Origin: Candidatus Binatus soli
GTDB taxonomy: Bacteria > Desulfobacterota > Binatia > Binatales > Binataceae
Reading direction: 5' to 3'
NCBI GenBank assembly: GCA_002479255.1
Contig: DLMJ01000032.1
Coordinates: forward strand, 30,908 to 94,907
Length of the DNA: 64,000 nt
The notes under the pieces were generated by a model that saw nothing but the letters and a program-made list of their open reading frames with translations, ran no database searches and was not told where the DNA came from. Positions 19,289-29,912 of the stretch are shown piece by piece; within the stretch, counting starts at the first letter, position 1; every line of letters begins with the position of its first letter. The translations under genes were made by a program, and so were the position numbers.

Positions 19289-20134
19289 TCAGGCGGGACG
19301 CGCAAAGTGAAGCACGCATGTGCCATACATGAACTCTCGCTTCACTGTTGCTTCGAAGTTGTACCCAGCCATTACGGTCCTGACCGAACTTTCCAGAGCG
19401 GGAGAATGACACTCGACGATTACATATTTTGCGCTCTTCAGTGCGCATTGCGCACCTTCGAGCACCGCGACTTCCGCGCCTTCGACATCGATCTTGAGCA
19501 GACCGATCGATGTGATCGAATGCGCTTTGCAGTAAGTGTCAAGATCTATCACCTCAATATAAAAGGCTGGCGGAAGCGCCCCGCCCTCAATGAGGCTTCC
19601 CGCGACCGTGCTCCGTCCTATGAAAAACGGGCGCATTCCGGCGCATTCGGCCGCCGCCGCATTGACCGCGACCGCATTGATGAGGCCATTCGCCTCGAGA
19701 TTGCGCACCAGCCTCTTATAAACTCTGGGGTTGGGCTCAAAACAATGTATAGGAACGGTTGGGAACTCCTTGCCATAGCGGATTGCGAAAATACCTATAT
19801 TGGCGCCCAAATCCAGAATAACGTCTTGCGGCTCAAACCGAATTCTCTCGCTGTCATACTCACGTCCCGAGTAAACTTCTATGTAAGGCCACAACTCTCC
19901 CAATCCAGGCGACGATTCAAACCACACGTCGCCGTGCTTCAGTCTCAGGAATAACTCCGGGTCGTCAACACTGATTTGTCCGTTCCGCGACCCCAAGGCG
20001 CTTGACAGCTTTGCTAAAGTCAATGTCCCGGCATAGCGACAGAAACGAGCTTTGCTCCTGACTCCTCGACACTCACCTAGTAAAAATAGCAGGTTTTTGA
20101 GCAGGCGATTGATTCCGGCTATTGAAGGTTCCAT
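19289..20134 (-). CDS. FkbM-family methyltransferase
   Basis: VILDLGANIGIFAIRY, CFEPNPRVYKRLVRNLEANG and LLKIDVEGAEVAVLEG. Confidence 0.8.
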   Translation of the reverse strand: MEPSIAGINRLLKNLLFLLGECRGVRSKARFCRYAGTLTLAKLSSALGSRNGQISVDDPELFLRLKHGDVWFESSPGLGELWPYIEVYSGREYDSERIRFEPQDVILDLGANIGIFAIRYGKEFPTVPIHCFEPNPRVYKRLVRNLEANGLINAVAVNAAAAECAGMRPFFIGRSTVAGSLIEGGALPPAFYIEVIDLDTYCKAHSITSIGLLKIDVEGAEVAVLEGAQCALKSAKYVIVECHSPALESSVRTVMAGYNFEATVKREFMYGTCVLHFARPA

Positions 20135-20181
20135 ACATTCCCGTCAAATCCGCTGCCGCGGAGACGCGCAGCCCGGCACTT

Positions 20182-21369
20182 TCACCGGTTAAAGTCCGCT
20201 GCGCGCATGGCTTGAAGGCCGGCGCCTTGGTCAGCAGCCCCGCCAGCCATAAGTATGTCGTCCTGGAACTTGCGCGCGATGCTGTCCCATGTGAATTTCG
20301 AGGCGACCTTGAGGCGCCCCCGCTCGCGCAGGCGGGCGACAAAATCGGGATTATCGAACAGTTCCGAAATGCGCCGGACGAATTCGTCCCGGTCGCGGGC
20401 GAAAAGAATATCTTCGCCATGTTTGAGCGAAAGGCCCTCGGCGGCTTTCTCCGTAGCCACGACCGGTATGCCCGCGGCCATCGCTTCGAGGATCTTGAGC
20501 CTCGTCCCAGAGCCCGAGAAAATCGGCGCGACCGCGACGCCGCATGCTCCAACGAAGCCCGCAAAGTCCTCATAGGGAACCGCCCCGGCATTCCTGATCC
20601 ACGGCTCGCAGTACGGAGCGCCGCCGCCGGTCAGCGCCAGCGTCGCCGACGGGTGCCTCTGCCGCAGCGCCGGCATCACAGACGTGACCAGGAAATCGAT
20701 GGCCTCGCGATTAGGACCGTAGGCATAAAATCCGGCGAAGAGCAGCGTCTGGCTGTCGATCCCGTATTTCGCCCGCAGGCTCGCGATTGTTTGGCGATCG
20801 AGCGGTACAAATCGTTTGGTGTCGACACCGTTGGGCAGCAGTATCGGCGTTACGCCATAGAGCCGGGCAAAATGCGACTGATCGACTTCCGAAACTGCGG
20901 TGACCAGGTCGGCATCGCGAACAACCTGCCTCTCGGCGAGGCGTGTCAGGAGCGCGACGGTCCGGCCGTTGCGCATCGAGCGCAGAAGATACTCGACGTT
21001 GTGGGAATGGTAAACGACTCTGGTTTGCGGAATCGCGCGCCGGATTCGCCGCAGCAGCATCCAATGATAAAACGCCCACGAGGCGCCTTCGAGAATCACC
21101 ACATCCGGTTTCGCCCCGCGGATTTCCGCGACCATACGATTGACGAAGCCCGGAAGCCGAATGAGTCTTTCGCGGCGTGATTCGGACGCGCCTGCCAGCG
21201 TCACAACCTCCACGCCATCTGCGGTAACGAAGCGCCCGTCGTGGCGGCCGAGCTGTACCAGCACGCTGGAGTCGCTGATGAATTTCGCGAGGTTATAGCT
21301 GACGCTCGCGGCGCCACTCGCCGGCGGATAGGCCTCGTAGAAACAGAAAATCGCCACACGTCTGTTCAA
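20182..21369 (-). CDS. Glycosyltransferase, GT4/GT1 type
   Basis: GT-B C-terminal core VAVAPIFSGSGTRLKILEAMAAGIPVVAT. Confidence 0.75.
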   Translation of the reverse strand: MNRRVAIFCFYEAYPPASGAASVSYNLAKFISDSSVLVQLGRHDGRFVTADGVEVVTLAGASESRRERLIRLPGFVNRMVAEIRGAKPDVVILEGASWAFYHWMLLRRIRRAIPQTRVVYHSHNVEYLLRSMRNGRTVALLTRLAERQVVRDADLVTAVSEVDQSHFARLYGVTPILLPNGVDTKRFVPLDRQTIASLRAKYGIDSQTLLFAGFYAYGPNREAIDFLVTSVMPALRQRHPSATLALTGGGAPYCEPWIRNAGAVPYEDFAGFVGACGVAVAPIFSGSGTRLKILEAMAAGIPVVATEKAAEGLSLKHGEDILFARDRDEFVRRISELFDNPDFVARLRERGRLKVASKFTWDSIARKFQDDILMAGGAADQGAGLQAMRAADFNR

Positions 21370-21377
21370 TTGCCCGC

Positions 21378-22832
21378 TTATCCCCTCATTTGTGAAACGA
21401 CGGGCCGCACCGCCATAGCCGAATCGCGCACATCCGTTTCGGAGGAGCTGACTTCATCTGCTCGCCTTCCCAACCAGCCGATTCCGGCGAGCATCGCAAG
21501 AAATGGAACCGCAGGGACTCGGAAGCGCGCATGTGCAGCCGGACTAGCGGCACACGCGAGCATCGCGAAAGCCACCCCCAACGGAATCAAGATGCAGGCC
21601 GCCTCTATTTTTGAATTCCAATCAGTACGGAACAGCCCACGCGCCACTCCCGCCCAGACCAATAAGTTCAGCATCAGTTGCACCAGAACGAGGATGGCCA
21701 AAACAGGCGAGTTCATGGTGCGCCGTATTCTCGTAGTGATGTCGAACGATGGCGCAAGGCCGAGCGGCCCCCCACCATTGGTTCCAAGCAGTTCATTCAA
21801 CTCATTGCGGTCGGGCACGATCGCCACCAAAACGAGACCACGAACGGTAACGACCAGCGTGGCAAACGGATGCTCTGCAAAGGTCTTAAAACTTTGTCGT
21901 ATCATCGCTTGGCTGAGCGTAAACGGTATCGCGGAAGGGTCCCCTTGCCAGCCGATTTCGTGCGCCAACTCGGTCGATGCCTCGCCAAACGAACGATGCG
22001 TGGCGTAAGCCAGAACTCCCGCGGCGTTATAGTCGAAAATTGTAACAGCCGAATCGGTACTCATCGCGTTCACCCCGGCGACTCGCTGGTTCCTCGCCAT
22101 CCAAGGCAACATTGCTGCAATCGGAATTGCGAACGCCAACACCGCGAGCACCAATGCGCGCGGCCAGGTGGCGCCTTTCATCAACAAGAACGGAAGCGGT
22201 GCAAACAGGGGCAGGAAAATACCGGTGGGCCGAATCATGGCCGCAGCGGCGAGCAGACCAGCGGCAGCAAAAACCTTGGCGGCGGTTACGGCGTTTAATT
22301 CATCTGCAATGATAGCCGAAAGCTGCAACAGAATGGCTCCGGTGAGCAGAAATTGAAACAGCGCTTCCGACATTATCATTGCGCCGTAAACGATCGAGGG
22401 TATGTCCGTTGCGAGAATGGCCGCGGCCGTGAGTCCGGCGCCAATCCCCCAACGCGCGCTGACGAACCAGCCGAGCCATATGCAAAGGGCGGCGCCGAGA
22501 AAAGCCTGGATCACAAGCACCGTGCGCAGGCCCGGCATCATCGCCACGAAGAAGGGATAGCCCGGAGGTCTCAAGATTTCGGCGCTGGCGCAGTGTCCAT
22601 TGTCGAATTTCGCGAATCCGCAGCCATGCTGAATACCCTGAGCAAGCGGTATATAGTCCGCCGCGTCCCAAGCGCTCTGAAATTTCAGATCGCCTCGCGC
22701 GAGCGGTGCGAGTCGGATGAAGAGCGCGGCTATCCCGATCAGCACCAGCCATACCGTTTGACGCCGAGGTATCATGCGGCGCAGATCGTCGGGCTGGTCC
22801 CTGGTCGCGACGGCTAAAGAGATTCTGTTCAC
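21378..22832 (-). CDS. GT-C-fold membrane glycosyltransferase (ArnT / PMT_2 / GT39-like)
   Basis: About 12 TM helices. The first periplasmic loop carries DAADYIPLAQGI...ILRPPGYPFFVAMM, resembling the ArnT/PMT family. Confidence 0.6.
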   Translation of the reverse strand: MNRISLAVATRDQPDDLRRMIPRRQTVWLVLIGIAALFIRLAPLARGDLKFQSAWDAADYIPLAQGIQHGCGFAKFDNGHCASAEILRPPGYPFFVAMMPGLRTVLVIQAFLGAALCIWLGWFVSARWGIGAGLTAAAILATDIPSIVYGAMIMSEALFQFLLTGAILLQLSAIIADELNAVTAAKVFAAAGLLAAAAMIRPTGIFLPLFAPLPFLLMKGATWPRALVLAVLAFAIPIAAMLPWMARNQRVAGVNAMSTDSAVTIFDYNAAGVLAYATHRSFGEASTELAHEIGWQGDPSAIPFTLSQAMIRQSFKTFAEHPFATLVVTVRGLVLVAIVPDRNELNELLGTNGGGPLGLAPSFDITTRIRRTMNSPVLAILVLVQLMLNLLVWAGVARGLFRTDWNSKIEAACILIPLGVAFAMLACAASPAAHARFRVPAVPFLAMLAGIGWLGRRADEVSSSETDVRDSAMAVRPVVSQMRG

Positions 22833-24106
22833 GTGACTGGCTGTAACGCGTGGTCCGCTCCGTCGCCGGCGGTTGCAGCGCTCGCCGGCAAATTGGATCG
22901 GGCCAGGAACTTATCGACAATCGTCCGCAGGTCGCGCATGAAGCGCTCGGCGGAAAACTTTTCGGCCTGCTGCCTCAGATGTTCCAAAAGGCTTGCCTGC
23001 AACGCCGGCCGGCTGAGCAGCGCGTAGATCTTCTCCACAGCGTCATCGTCGCCACGGTAGAGCAAGGCGTCGTGGTCAAGAATGTCTGCCGGTCCGCCCT
23101 CCGCCGGAGCAAACGTGATGCATCCGGCCTTGACCATCTCGGCGACCGCGATGCCGAATCCCTCGCCTTCTGCTCCATGGATGCCATAGCGACATGACTT
23201 CAAGATTTCCTGTTTGCGCTGCTCGGAAACAGAACCTTCCAGAATAACCCAAGGCAAGCTGCGTGCGAGCGCCTGAAGTTTGCGCTCATATTTATTCGTG
23301 CCGAAACCCCCAATCATGCGGAGTCGCACTTGATAACCGCGAGCGCGAACCCTTGCGAGGATCTCGAACACCTGCTCAAGACGCTTTTCCTCCGAGATTC
23401 TGCCAATGCAAGCGAAATCGTCATTACGACTCTCGAAGGGCGCGTCTGCGAATCCACTTGGAACCGGAGGGTAGAGCACCGGGCATTTTACGTGGTGCTT
23501 GCGCTCGATAACCGAGGCTACCCAACGCGAGTTGGCGAGCGGAACGTCTTCGCCCGAAAATAAATCCCGCCCCGAGGGGCTTGAAATGCGATGTGCCAGC
23601 CATAGATAGATAGCGCGCACGGGCGCGACCCGATGGAACAAGCCCTGGAAACCGCGCGGCCTCGGAGCGAAGCGGGTCTGCAATTCCTCGTCGCAGGACA
23701 AATCGAGCAGATGAATAGCGGGAACGCCGCAATCGCATGGGTTGTAAGCGCTAAACAAAACGTCATACTCAGATGCGACTCGGCGTATTGCTCTCTCGAA
23801 CAAAGCGCCACGGATAGCCGCTCCACTGCGAATTCTCAGCAGTATGCGGGGTATCGGTAACTGTCGAAGCTTGACTTCCTCCTCACGAACTGCGGTTCCG
23901 TAGAACGAATTCATGGCTACGAGATCAATCGCGCTGGTCGTCACGATAGATACGTCGAAGTCGCGCTTGAGCGCCTCCGCTCCCCACATCACCACGGCTT
24001 CCGATCCTCCGCGGCCCATTCTGGGATGGGTGATAGCCACGGAAATTCTTCGCGGCTCGAACGCGTTTGGCGGGAGATCGCGCTCGTTTCTGATGAGCCT
24101 ATTCAA
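22829..24106 (-). CDS. Glycosyltransferase, GT4/GT1 type
   Basis: HGAEGEGFGIAVAEMVKAGCITFAP (the EX7E region). There are 4-nt overlaps at both ends. Confidence 0.75.
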   Translation of the reverse strand: MNRLIRNERDLPPNAFEPRRISVAITHPRMGRGGSEAVVMWGAEALKRDFDVSIVTTSAIDLVAMNSFYGTAVREEEVKLRQLPIPRILLRIRSGAAIRGALFERAIRRVASEYDVLFSAYNPCDCGVPAIHLLDLSCDEELQTRFAPRPRGFQGLFHRVAPVRAIYLWLAHRISSPSGRDLFSGEDVPLANSRWVASVIERKHHVKCPVLYPPVPSGFADAPFESRNDDFACIGRISEEKRLEQVFEILARVRARGYQVRLRMIGGFGTNKYERKLQALARSLPWVILEGSVSEQRKQEILKSCRYGIHGAEGEGFGIAVAEMVKAGCITFAPAEGGPADILDHDALLYRGDDDAVEKIYALLSRPALQASLLEHLRQQAEKFSAERFMRDLRTIVDKFLARSNLPASAATAGDGADHALQPVT

Positions 24107-25130
24107 CGAACAGCAGATCCTTAAGCGCGGTCAAGGCCCCGCTGGAGAAGCGGTGATAGCGCAAAGTCAACAACTCTCTCGCGATGATTGGGATGCGTGA
24201 TACTCGATTGGCCGGCAGGCACCTCCGCGCCCGCCAATGACGCAGCACAGCGCTTCGTATGCCCGGAGTAATCGGCCGAGCGTGGGAATCAATCGTTTCG
24301 AGTCGTTCGCTAACTGCTGCAAAGAGGGGCGTCCACGATCTCTCTTTGCGTTGGGCGAAAAACCCAGCGAGAAATGCCGCGGTCGAGCGATGTCCCCCCG
24401 CTCCGGTGGCTTGTCCCGGATGCTGTCTGTAGGCAAGCAGCGGTCTGTTAATGCAAATGATCCCGCCCATCCCGGAATAGACGAGAGTCCATGCAATGAA
24501 AACGTCCTGTCCGCTGGTTTGAAACAGATCGCCGTCCGGCAGCGGCAGGATTATAGACTTCAACGCAGACCTGAACGCCATGCAGTTACCGAGAATCGGG
24601 ACCGACCGCTTGAATGTCTTGCCGGCAGCCATTTTGCGCTGTAACCGGGGGCTGGGCGCAAATCGGAACTCCTTCCAGAGGCGGCGGTCCAAAAGCCCCA
24701 TCTCCTCATTCGCAACGTCAGCATCGCACAGCGCAACAGCAGCTGCTGGCCACTCTGTCATAGCCCGTTCCATGGCGGCCACTTTTGCCGGATACCAGAC
24801 GTCGTCGCAGTCGCTGAGGAAGATGATGTCGCCTGTGCATTCGCTGATCGCGCGCTCGAAGTTTTTGGTAACGCCGAGGTTTCGTTGGTTAATGGAAAGC
24901 CGCACCGGAAACGGGGCGCGAGCAGCGAACTCACGCACGACCTCGACCGTGCGATCGGTCGAGGCGTTGTCGCTGACCACCAACTCGTCGGGGAGTCGCG
25001 TCTGGCCGATGAAGCTATCGAGCTGCTCCTGGATGAAGCGTTCGCCGTTGTACACCGCCATCGCGATTGAGATGCTCGTCCTCTTACCCTGCATCGCCGT
25101 GGCTGAAGAAGCTATGGATTCACCGGCCAA
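24099..25130 (-). CDS. GT2 glycosyltransferase (paralog A)
   Basis: ISIAMAVYNGERFIQEQLDSFIGQTRLPDELVVSDNASTDRTVEVV and FLSDCDDVW (DxD). Confidence 0.85.
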   Translation of the reverse strand: MAGESIASSATAMQGKRTSISIAMAVYNGERFIQEQLDSFIGQTRLPDELVVSDNASTDRTVEVVREFAARAPFPVRLSINQRNLGVTKNFERAISECTGDIIFLSDCDDVWYPAKVAAMERAMTEWPAAAVALCDADVANEEMGLLDRRLWKEFRFAPSPRLQRKMAAGKTFKRSVPILGNCMAFRSALKSIILPLPDGDLFQTSGQDVFIAWTLVYSGMGGIICINRPLLAYRQHPGQATGAGGHRSTAAFLAGFFAQRKERSWTPLFAAVSERLETIDSHARPITPGIRSAVLRHWRARRCLPANRVSRIPIIARELLTLRYHRFSSGALTALKDLLFVE

Positions 25131-26175
25131 GCAAAAGCCCCGATAGGCCTTCGCTACCTCGCCGCTCCAGCCGCCTTAGAGCCGGCGCCATTCGTTTGGG
25201 AGACAAGCTGTATCCTACAATCCATACGCTGTAAGCGAGCCTTCGCCGCAAGTTCCAGTACGGCTGCCGCCAGGTGGCAGATACCGCCCGGTACATTAGC
25301 GGAAATAGTTTGTCATCCCATGGATGGTCCGCCGGGCTTTCGCGAAGAGACGTTATCCGGCCAACCCAGTGCGGAGGGTACCTGCCGAGCCATTGCTCCA
25401 GGGACCCGGTCTCGCCGCGGGTCAGCTCGTGCAAGGACGCATGAAGATTGAAATCACCCAAGATACCTCGTCTGATTTCAACTAAAGAATCTGGATTGCC
25501 CCCCGCATTGTGTCCGTGGATCCTATACTTGCCGAGAGCGTTGTCCAAATAGACGACTTCGCCAAGCACCGAACTCAAAATTGTCAAAAAGGCGTCCGCT
25601 GCAATCGCCCACTCCTTTTCCGGGATGGGCATTATTCGTTCCAGTATTTGCCTTGGAAATGCGTTCGCGCTCATGGGTGAATCTGCTGCGAACGGACCAA
25701 GCCTTGCGGGTACCCGTGAACCCCCAACATACCTGCCCGAGGCCTCGCCTGATCCGTTGATTACTTCGAGAAGATACTGAATCCGCGCGACTCCTTCCCG
25801 CAGTTCCGTCAAAACCGTCTCGACCGCGCAAGGCAACAGAACGTCATCAGCGTCAAGGAATATGATCAGGTCGCCGCTAGAAGCCTCGAACCCGGCATTC
25901 AAGGCAGACCCTTGGCCACCGTTACACTTGTATACAGCCTTTACGCGTCGGTCGTAACTCTCGATCACTTCCCGGGAATTATCAGTCGAGCCGTCGTCAA
26001 CGACGACAACTTCGCAATTCTGGTACGTCTGAGAGAGGGCGCTATCGATGGCTGCGCGCAGGAAGCGCGCATAGTTATAGTTATTTATGATGACGCTGGC
26101 TCTTAGCCGTTCCATCGATGGTAGCCCCGTCATACCGGAGGGTTGCCGGCGCTTTTGGTCTCTTTGCGCTGACAA
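25120..26175 (-). CDS. GT2 glycosyltransferase
   Basis: SVIINNYNYARFLRAAIDSALSQTYQNCEVVVVDDGSTDNS and FLDADD. Confidence 0.85.
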   Translation of the reverse strand: MSAQRDQKRRQPSGMTGLPSMERLRASVIINNYNYARFLRAAIDSALSQTYQNCEVVVVDDGSTDNSREVIESYDRRVKAVYKCNGGQGSALNAGFEASSGDLIIFLDADDVLLPCAVETVLTELREGVARIQYLLEVINGSGEASGRYVGGSRVPARLGPFAADSPMSANAFPRQILERIMPIPEKEWAIAADAFLTILSSVLGEVVYLDNALGKYRIHGHNAGGNPDSLVEIRRGILGDFNLHASLHELTRGETGSLEQWLGRYPPHWVGRITSLRESPADHPWDDKLFPLMYRAVSATWRQPYWNLRRRLAYSVWIVGYSLSPKRMAPALRRLERRGSEGLSGLLLGR

Positions 26176-26199
26176 ACCCGCTCTATCATCGTGCAGGAC

Positions 26200-27102
26200 T
26201 CACATGCCACGGGAGGTGCGGGCAAACGCTGGACCGTTGATTTTTGCTTCTCGCAGGTCGACTTTCTCGGGACCGCCATACCGGTACGCGAACCAAGCTC
26301 GGGCCCTTACCCCGTTAGCGCGCTGCCTGAACCGAATCCAGGCGGTGGACTGTCGACTGGTTCGCGGGCCTTTGACGAAAATCCGGAAGTTCTCGGGACC
26401 AATTCCTTCGAATCGAAGCCCTGCCGCTTCGAACAGCGGAATCGTCCTACCAGCGTATTTGAGGTTCGAGAGCAGATGAGTCGGATGGGACGGTCCAACA
26501 TTCTCGAACGCTTCCACGATAAATGCGCGCCCGCCCGGCTTAAGGTATCGTGCGATATCCCGAATCAGTTCGGCGGGTGCGGGAACGTGTTCGAGAACAT
26601 CATAACATACCACAACGTCGAAGCTCCCGGCGCTTAACTCTTCGACTTGGGACAACTGCACAGTGTGGTCGGAAAGTCCGCTATCGTCGATAAGCCTCCG
26701 GGCGAAAGTCGAGGTTGCATTTTCGAATTCGAAGCTCACGACCTTGACGTCCCGGTTGCGCGCCGCGATTTCACACGCGTCGAAACCGATTCCATCGCCG
26801 AGGCATAGCACCCGCCCTCCCCCAGGAAGGAATTTGCCGACCTCGTCGGCGGTGGCTTCGCGAAGTTGCCTACGGCCAGGTCTGTAGTGGTAGGCGAGGA
26901 GCTCGTAGACGAAAGCGTCGGTCTGGCCGTAGAAGCTCTCCATCGCCGGGCTCCATACCCAGGGAGGACCGACTTGGAGGCGAACAAAGTCCTGGACAAC
27001 ATTGTATCCGATCACCAGCATCTCATTGGCGAGGCGCTCGCCGTCCGCGGCGCCACCATGATAGCGGCGCAGCATCGAGAGCATGTGTTCGTAAGGGTTC
27101 AC
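26200..27102 (-). CDS. Class I SAM-dependent methyltransferase
   Basis: RVLCLGDGIGFDACEIA (motif I) and VVCYDVLEHVPAPAELI...LKPGGRAFI. Confidence 0.7.
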   Translation of the reverse strand: MNPYEHMLSMLRRYHGGAADGERLANEMLVIGYNVVQDFVRLQVGPPWVWSPAMESFYGQTDAFVYELLAYHYRPGRRQLREATADEVGKFLPGGGRVLCLGDGIGFDACEIAARNRDVKVVSFEFENATSTFARRLIDDSGLSDHTVQLSQVEELSAGSFDVVVCYDVLEHVPAPAELIRDIARYLKPGGRAFIVEAFENVGPSHPTHLLSNLKYAGRTIPLFEAAGLRFEGIGPENFRIFVKGPRTSRQSTAWIRFRQRANGVRARAWFAYRYGGPEKVDLREAKINGPAFARTSRGM

Positions 27103-27213
27103 GAAACTCTGCCTCCGATAGAGGCTATTTCGAGGCGTCCGGCGGATTCATGCGCCGCACGTCGTCGGCACCAATTGGCTGTCCAGTTGTTTTCGGTCAT
27201 TCGGATGCGCCAA

Positions 27214-28716
27214 TTACGCAAAGGCGCTTTGCGGGCGGAATCGAAGGGTCGGGTACATGGCAGCGAAGATCAAAGATATTCCGATCAAGCACAATGTCAC
27301 CGATATAAATACACCAAGGGCACGAGGTATCCCGGCGGCTGGTAGCATCCACCACCAGACCGCTACAGTTCGTACGACCCGCCAAGATCCTTTTTCACGG
27401 TTCGGATTTTCGACCGTCCTGACGAGGTCCTTTACGTCGGTGTGGCGTGCATCGGATATTTCTCTGTAGGTAGCCCCCCAGATACGCACCAAAGGCGCCT
27501 CAGGCAGGGACCACTGTGACGCAGGGGGCACTCCGGCGACGGCTCTCTCCCAATAGATACGGTCGTATGCGGAAACCAAAGTTGGAGCATTGACAACAAA
27601 CCCAAGCAGGATCAGGATTGCGACCAACCTGCACCAGCTTGCCCCTAGCAATCCCGTCAAGGCCAGCAAGCCCGGCAGCGCAGGCATGAGAAGACGGGGA
27701 CCCCAGCACCAACCCCCGGCCCAATCACCCCATAGAGAATATAAACCCAGGTATGCGCCGAATACGCCGAAGATCAGTAGCGTGTCCACTCGTCTAAGCG
27801 CGGACCAACCGAGCCCGACTAAGGAAATAACTATTGGGCAATACCAAAACAAGCCCCTACCTGGACTGAGCAATAGCCCGCTAAGTCCGGCAGGCAAGTG
27901 AGCCAAACTGAAGTCGTTAGGCTGACCAAAGGCAAAAACGTGGCTAAATCGTGCAACATTGTAAGCGCAATATAAGACCAATCCCACACTGGTACCGCAC
28001 AGCGGCGCTAGCGCGGTCCGGAGTGAGTGCGTCTTAACAGCGGAGTGAGCGACCAGCAGCGGGCCTACGACAATGCCGCTTGGCTTGGCAAGTACCGCAA
28101 GGGCCGCGAGAACAGAGGCGCCGTTTCTTTCATGCCGAGTTCCTCCTACTTCCAGGAAAATGGCCCAAACCGTCAATAAGGCCAAAAGAGGCTCGGCAAA
28201 GAACTCGCGCGCATATACCAGAGAGATCGTCCCGAACGCAAAACCCAACGCCGCAATGAGAGCGTTCTTGGCGGAAGCTCCCAGACGATAAGCAAGAAGA
28301 GCCGTTAAATAGCTCGTACCCGCGACTAACAACGGCGACAGTGTCAACGCACATACGCCCGCAACGAAATTCGCTGGAAGATGAAAAAGGCGAGCGATGA
28401 GAAGACCCGGTCCTACGAACGGGAGAGCAACGATGGAGAGCAAGGGGTACCACCCAGAGTAATAGTGACCATTTCGACCAAGAATACCGAACCAGGGAGG
28501 GACGGCGAAGCTCCCATTGGTCGAGAGGGACACGGATACAGCAAGCATCGACGCTCCGTCGATTGTCTGGATGACGGATGCCGAAAATGCCAGTAAAGTA
28601 AGAGCGACCCCGACACCTAGCTTAGCTGCGGACGATCTGAAGTGGTCATCCGTCTCGCTGGATGGCACTGCTTGAGCCGAGCCCTCGCGAGGCGGGAAAG
28701 CTCCCGTCGCTGCCAT
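27214..28716 (-). CDS. GT-C-like polytopic membrane glycosyltransferase (PMT_2/GT39-like or related)
   Basis: About 12 TM helices, with the family-like segment YSGWYPLLSIVALPF...VYAREFFAEPLLALL. The ATG at 28716 is chosen because the longer ORF overlaps the upstream gene. Confidence 0.45.
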   Translation of the reverse strand: MAATGAFPPREGSAQAVPSSETDDHFRSSAAKLGVGVALTLLAFSASVIQTIDGASMLAVSVSLSTNGSFAVPPWFGILGRNGHYYSGWYPLLSIVALPFVGPGLLIARLFHLPANFVAGVCALTLSPLLVAGTSYLTALLAYRLGASAKNALIAALGFAFGTISLVYAREFFAEPLLALLTVWAIFLEVGGTRHERNGASVLAALAVLAKPSGIVVGPLLVAHSAVKTHSLRTALAPLCGTSVGLVLYCAYNVARFSHVFAFGQPNDFSLAHLPAGLSGLLLSPGRGLFWYCPIVISLVGLGWSALRRVDTLLIFGVFGAYLGLYSLWGDWAGGWCWGPRLLMPALPGLLALTGLLGASWCRLVAILILLGFVVNAPTLVSAYDRIYWERAVAGVPPASQWSLPEAPLVRIWGATYREISDARHTDVKDLVRTVENPNREKGSWRVVRTVAVWWWMLPAAGIPRALGVFISVTLCLIGISLIFAAMYPTLRFRPQSAFA

Positions 28717-28717
28717 C

Positions 28718-29815
28718 TCACGCAAAGGAAACCGGTGCGCCTCCTTGCTGCACGACATCGTGAATGTATTGCTCCAGCGCCGCGCCGGAGCGCTCCCACG
28801 TGAAGGTGCGGACGAATGCTGTGCCGCGTTCCTGCAGTGTGCGTCTGAGTTCCCGGTTTTCAATCACGCGGCACAGGTTGTCCAAAAGTGACTTCTGGTC
28901 TCTCGGAGGACTAAGCAAGGCGGTCTCATTGTTAATGGCGTAATCACGGCAGCCGCCGCTATCCGTGCCCACAAAGACGCAGCCGCAGGCCATGGCCTCG
29001 GCGGGAGGAAGACCCCAACCCTCCATCCAGCTAGCTCCCACATAAATCGAGTGCCCGTTATATATCTGCTCGACGAGGGTTTGCTGGCTTGGATTTCGAT
29101 GGTAAGTAATCCAGTTTGGGACATCGGGCCCTTTCGGATCTGTCCCGAACATGCTGATCGGGAGCGCAGGGTAACGCTGGTGAATCTGCTTGAGGACTGC
29201 GACCGCATCTGGAACCCCCTTCCAGTCGTGAGCATGCGACATGGTTGTGATGCTGGCCGGGCGATTCGCCGGCGGGTTCAGAACACGGAAATGGTCGTCG
29301 ACAGCGTTGGGAATATGGTGGAGGCGGCCGGCTCCGAGAGTGACGCCAAGGTCATACAGCCATCGCGCGATGACCACCTTGTGAATGGGCATGAGCCACG
29401 TGGCATCAACACGATCCTTAGGTCCAGCCCATGTTTCGTAGTGCTGGATTAAATATAGTTTTGCGCCCTTGGACGCCGGGTACCCAAGCACATGCTCAGC
29501 AGTCTGCCAGAAGGTTGCGAAAACCGCGTCCCCATCCGGAATAACGCCGGGCCGCAAATCATGCGTGAGGATCGCACGCACGTTAGGATGAAGTCGTGCC
29601 CATGGAACCAACGGCCTTTCAGTGAGATGGCGTACGCCGAGCCAAACGCGATTCTTGAGCTTTTGGACGAGTGTGGCCGCGGGATCCATTCTGTGCGGAT
29701 GGACGATGCTGACGATATGGCCACCTTTGGCGAGATAGTTAGCATAGCCATATACTATTCTGAAGCCGCCGCGAGGCACGGGCGCGTAACCTGGCAGTAT
29801 GAAAGTGATGCGCAT
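28718..29815 (-). CDS. Glycosyltransferase, GT4/GT1 type
   Basis: MRITFILPGYAPVPRGGFRIVYGYANYL and ASWMEGWGLPPAEAMACGCVFVGTD. Confidence 0.75.
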   Translation of the reverse strand: MRITFILPGYAPVPRGGFRIVYGYANYLAKGGHIVSIVHPHRMDPAATLVQKLKNRVWLGVRHLTERPLVPWARLHPNVRAILTHDLRPGVIPDGDAVFATFWQTAEHVLGYPASKGAKLYLIQHYETWAGPKDRVDATWLMPIHKVVIARWLYDLGVTLGAGRLHHIPNAVDDHFRVLNPPANRPASITTMSHAHDWKGVPDAVAVLKQIHQRYPALPISMFGTDPKGPDVPNWITYHRNPSQQTLVEQIYNGHSIYVGASWMEGWGLPPAEAMACGCVFVGTDSGGCRDYAINNETALLSPPRDQKSLLDNLCRVIENRELRRTLQERGTAFVRTFTWERSGAALEQYIHDVVQQGGAPVSFA

Positions 29816-29912
29816 CAGCTCAGACTATGCTGCGGATGGAGTGTAAGAAGGTGTGGGCGCCGGTGTGTTGGAATGATGGTTGTGATCGCCGCCATCAGCA
29901 GCCTCAGTTGGC

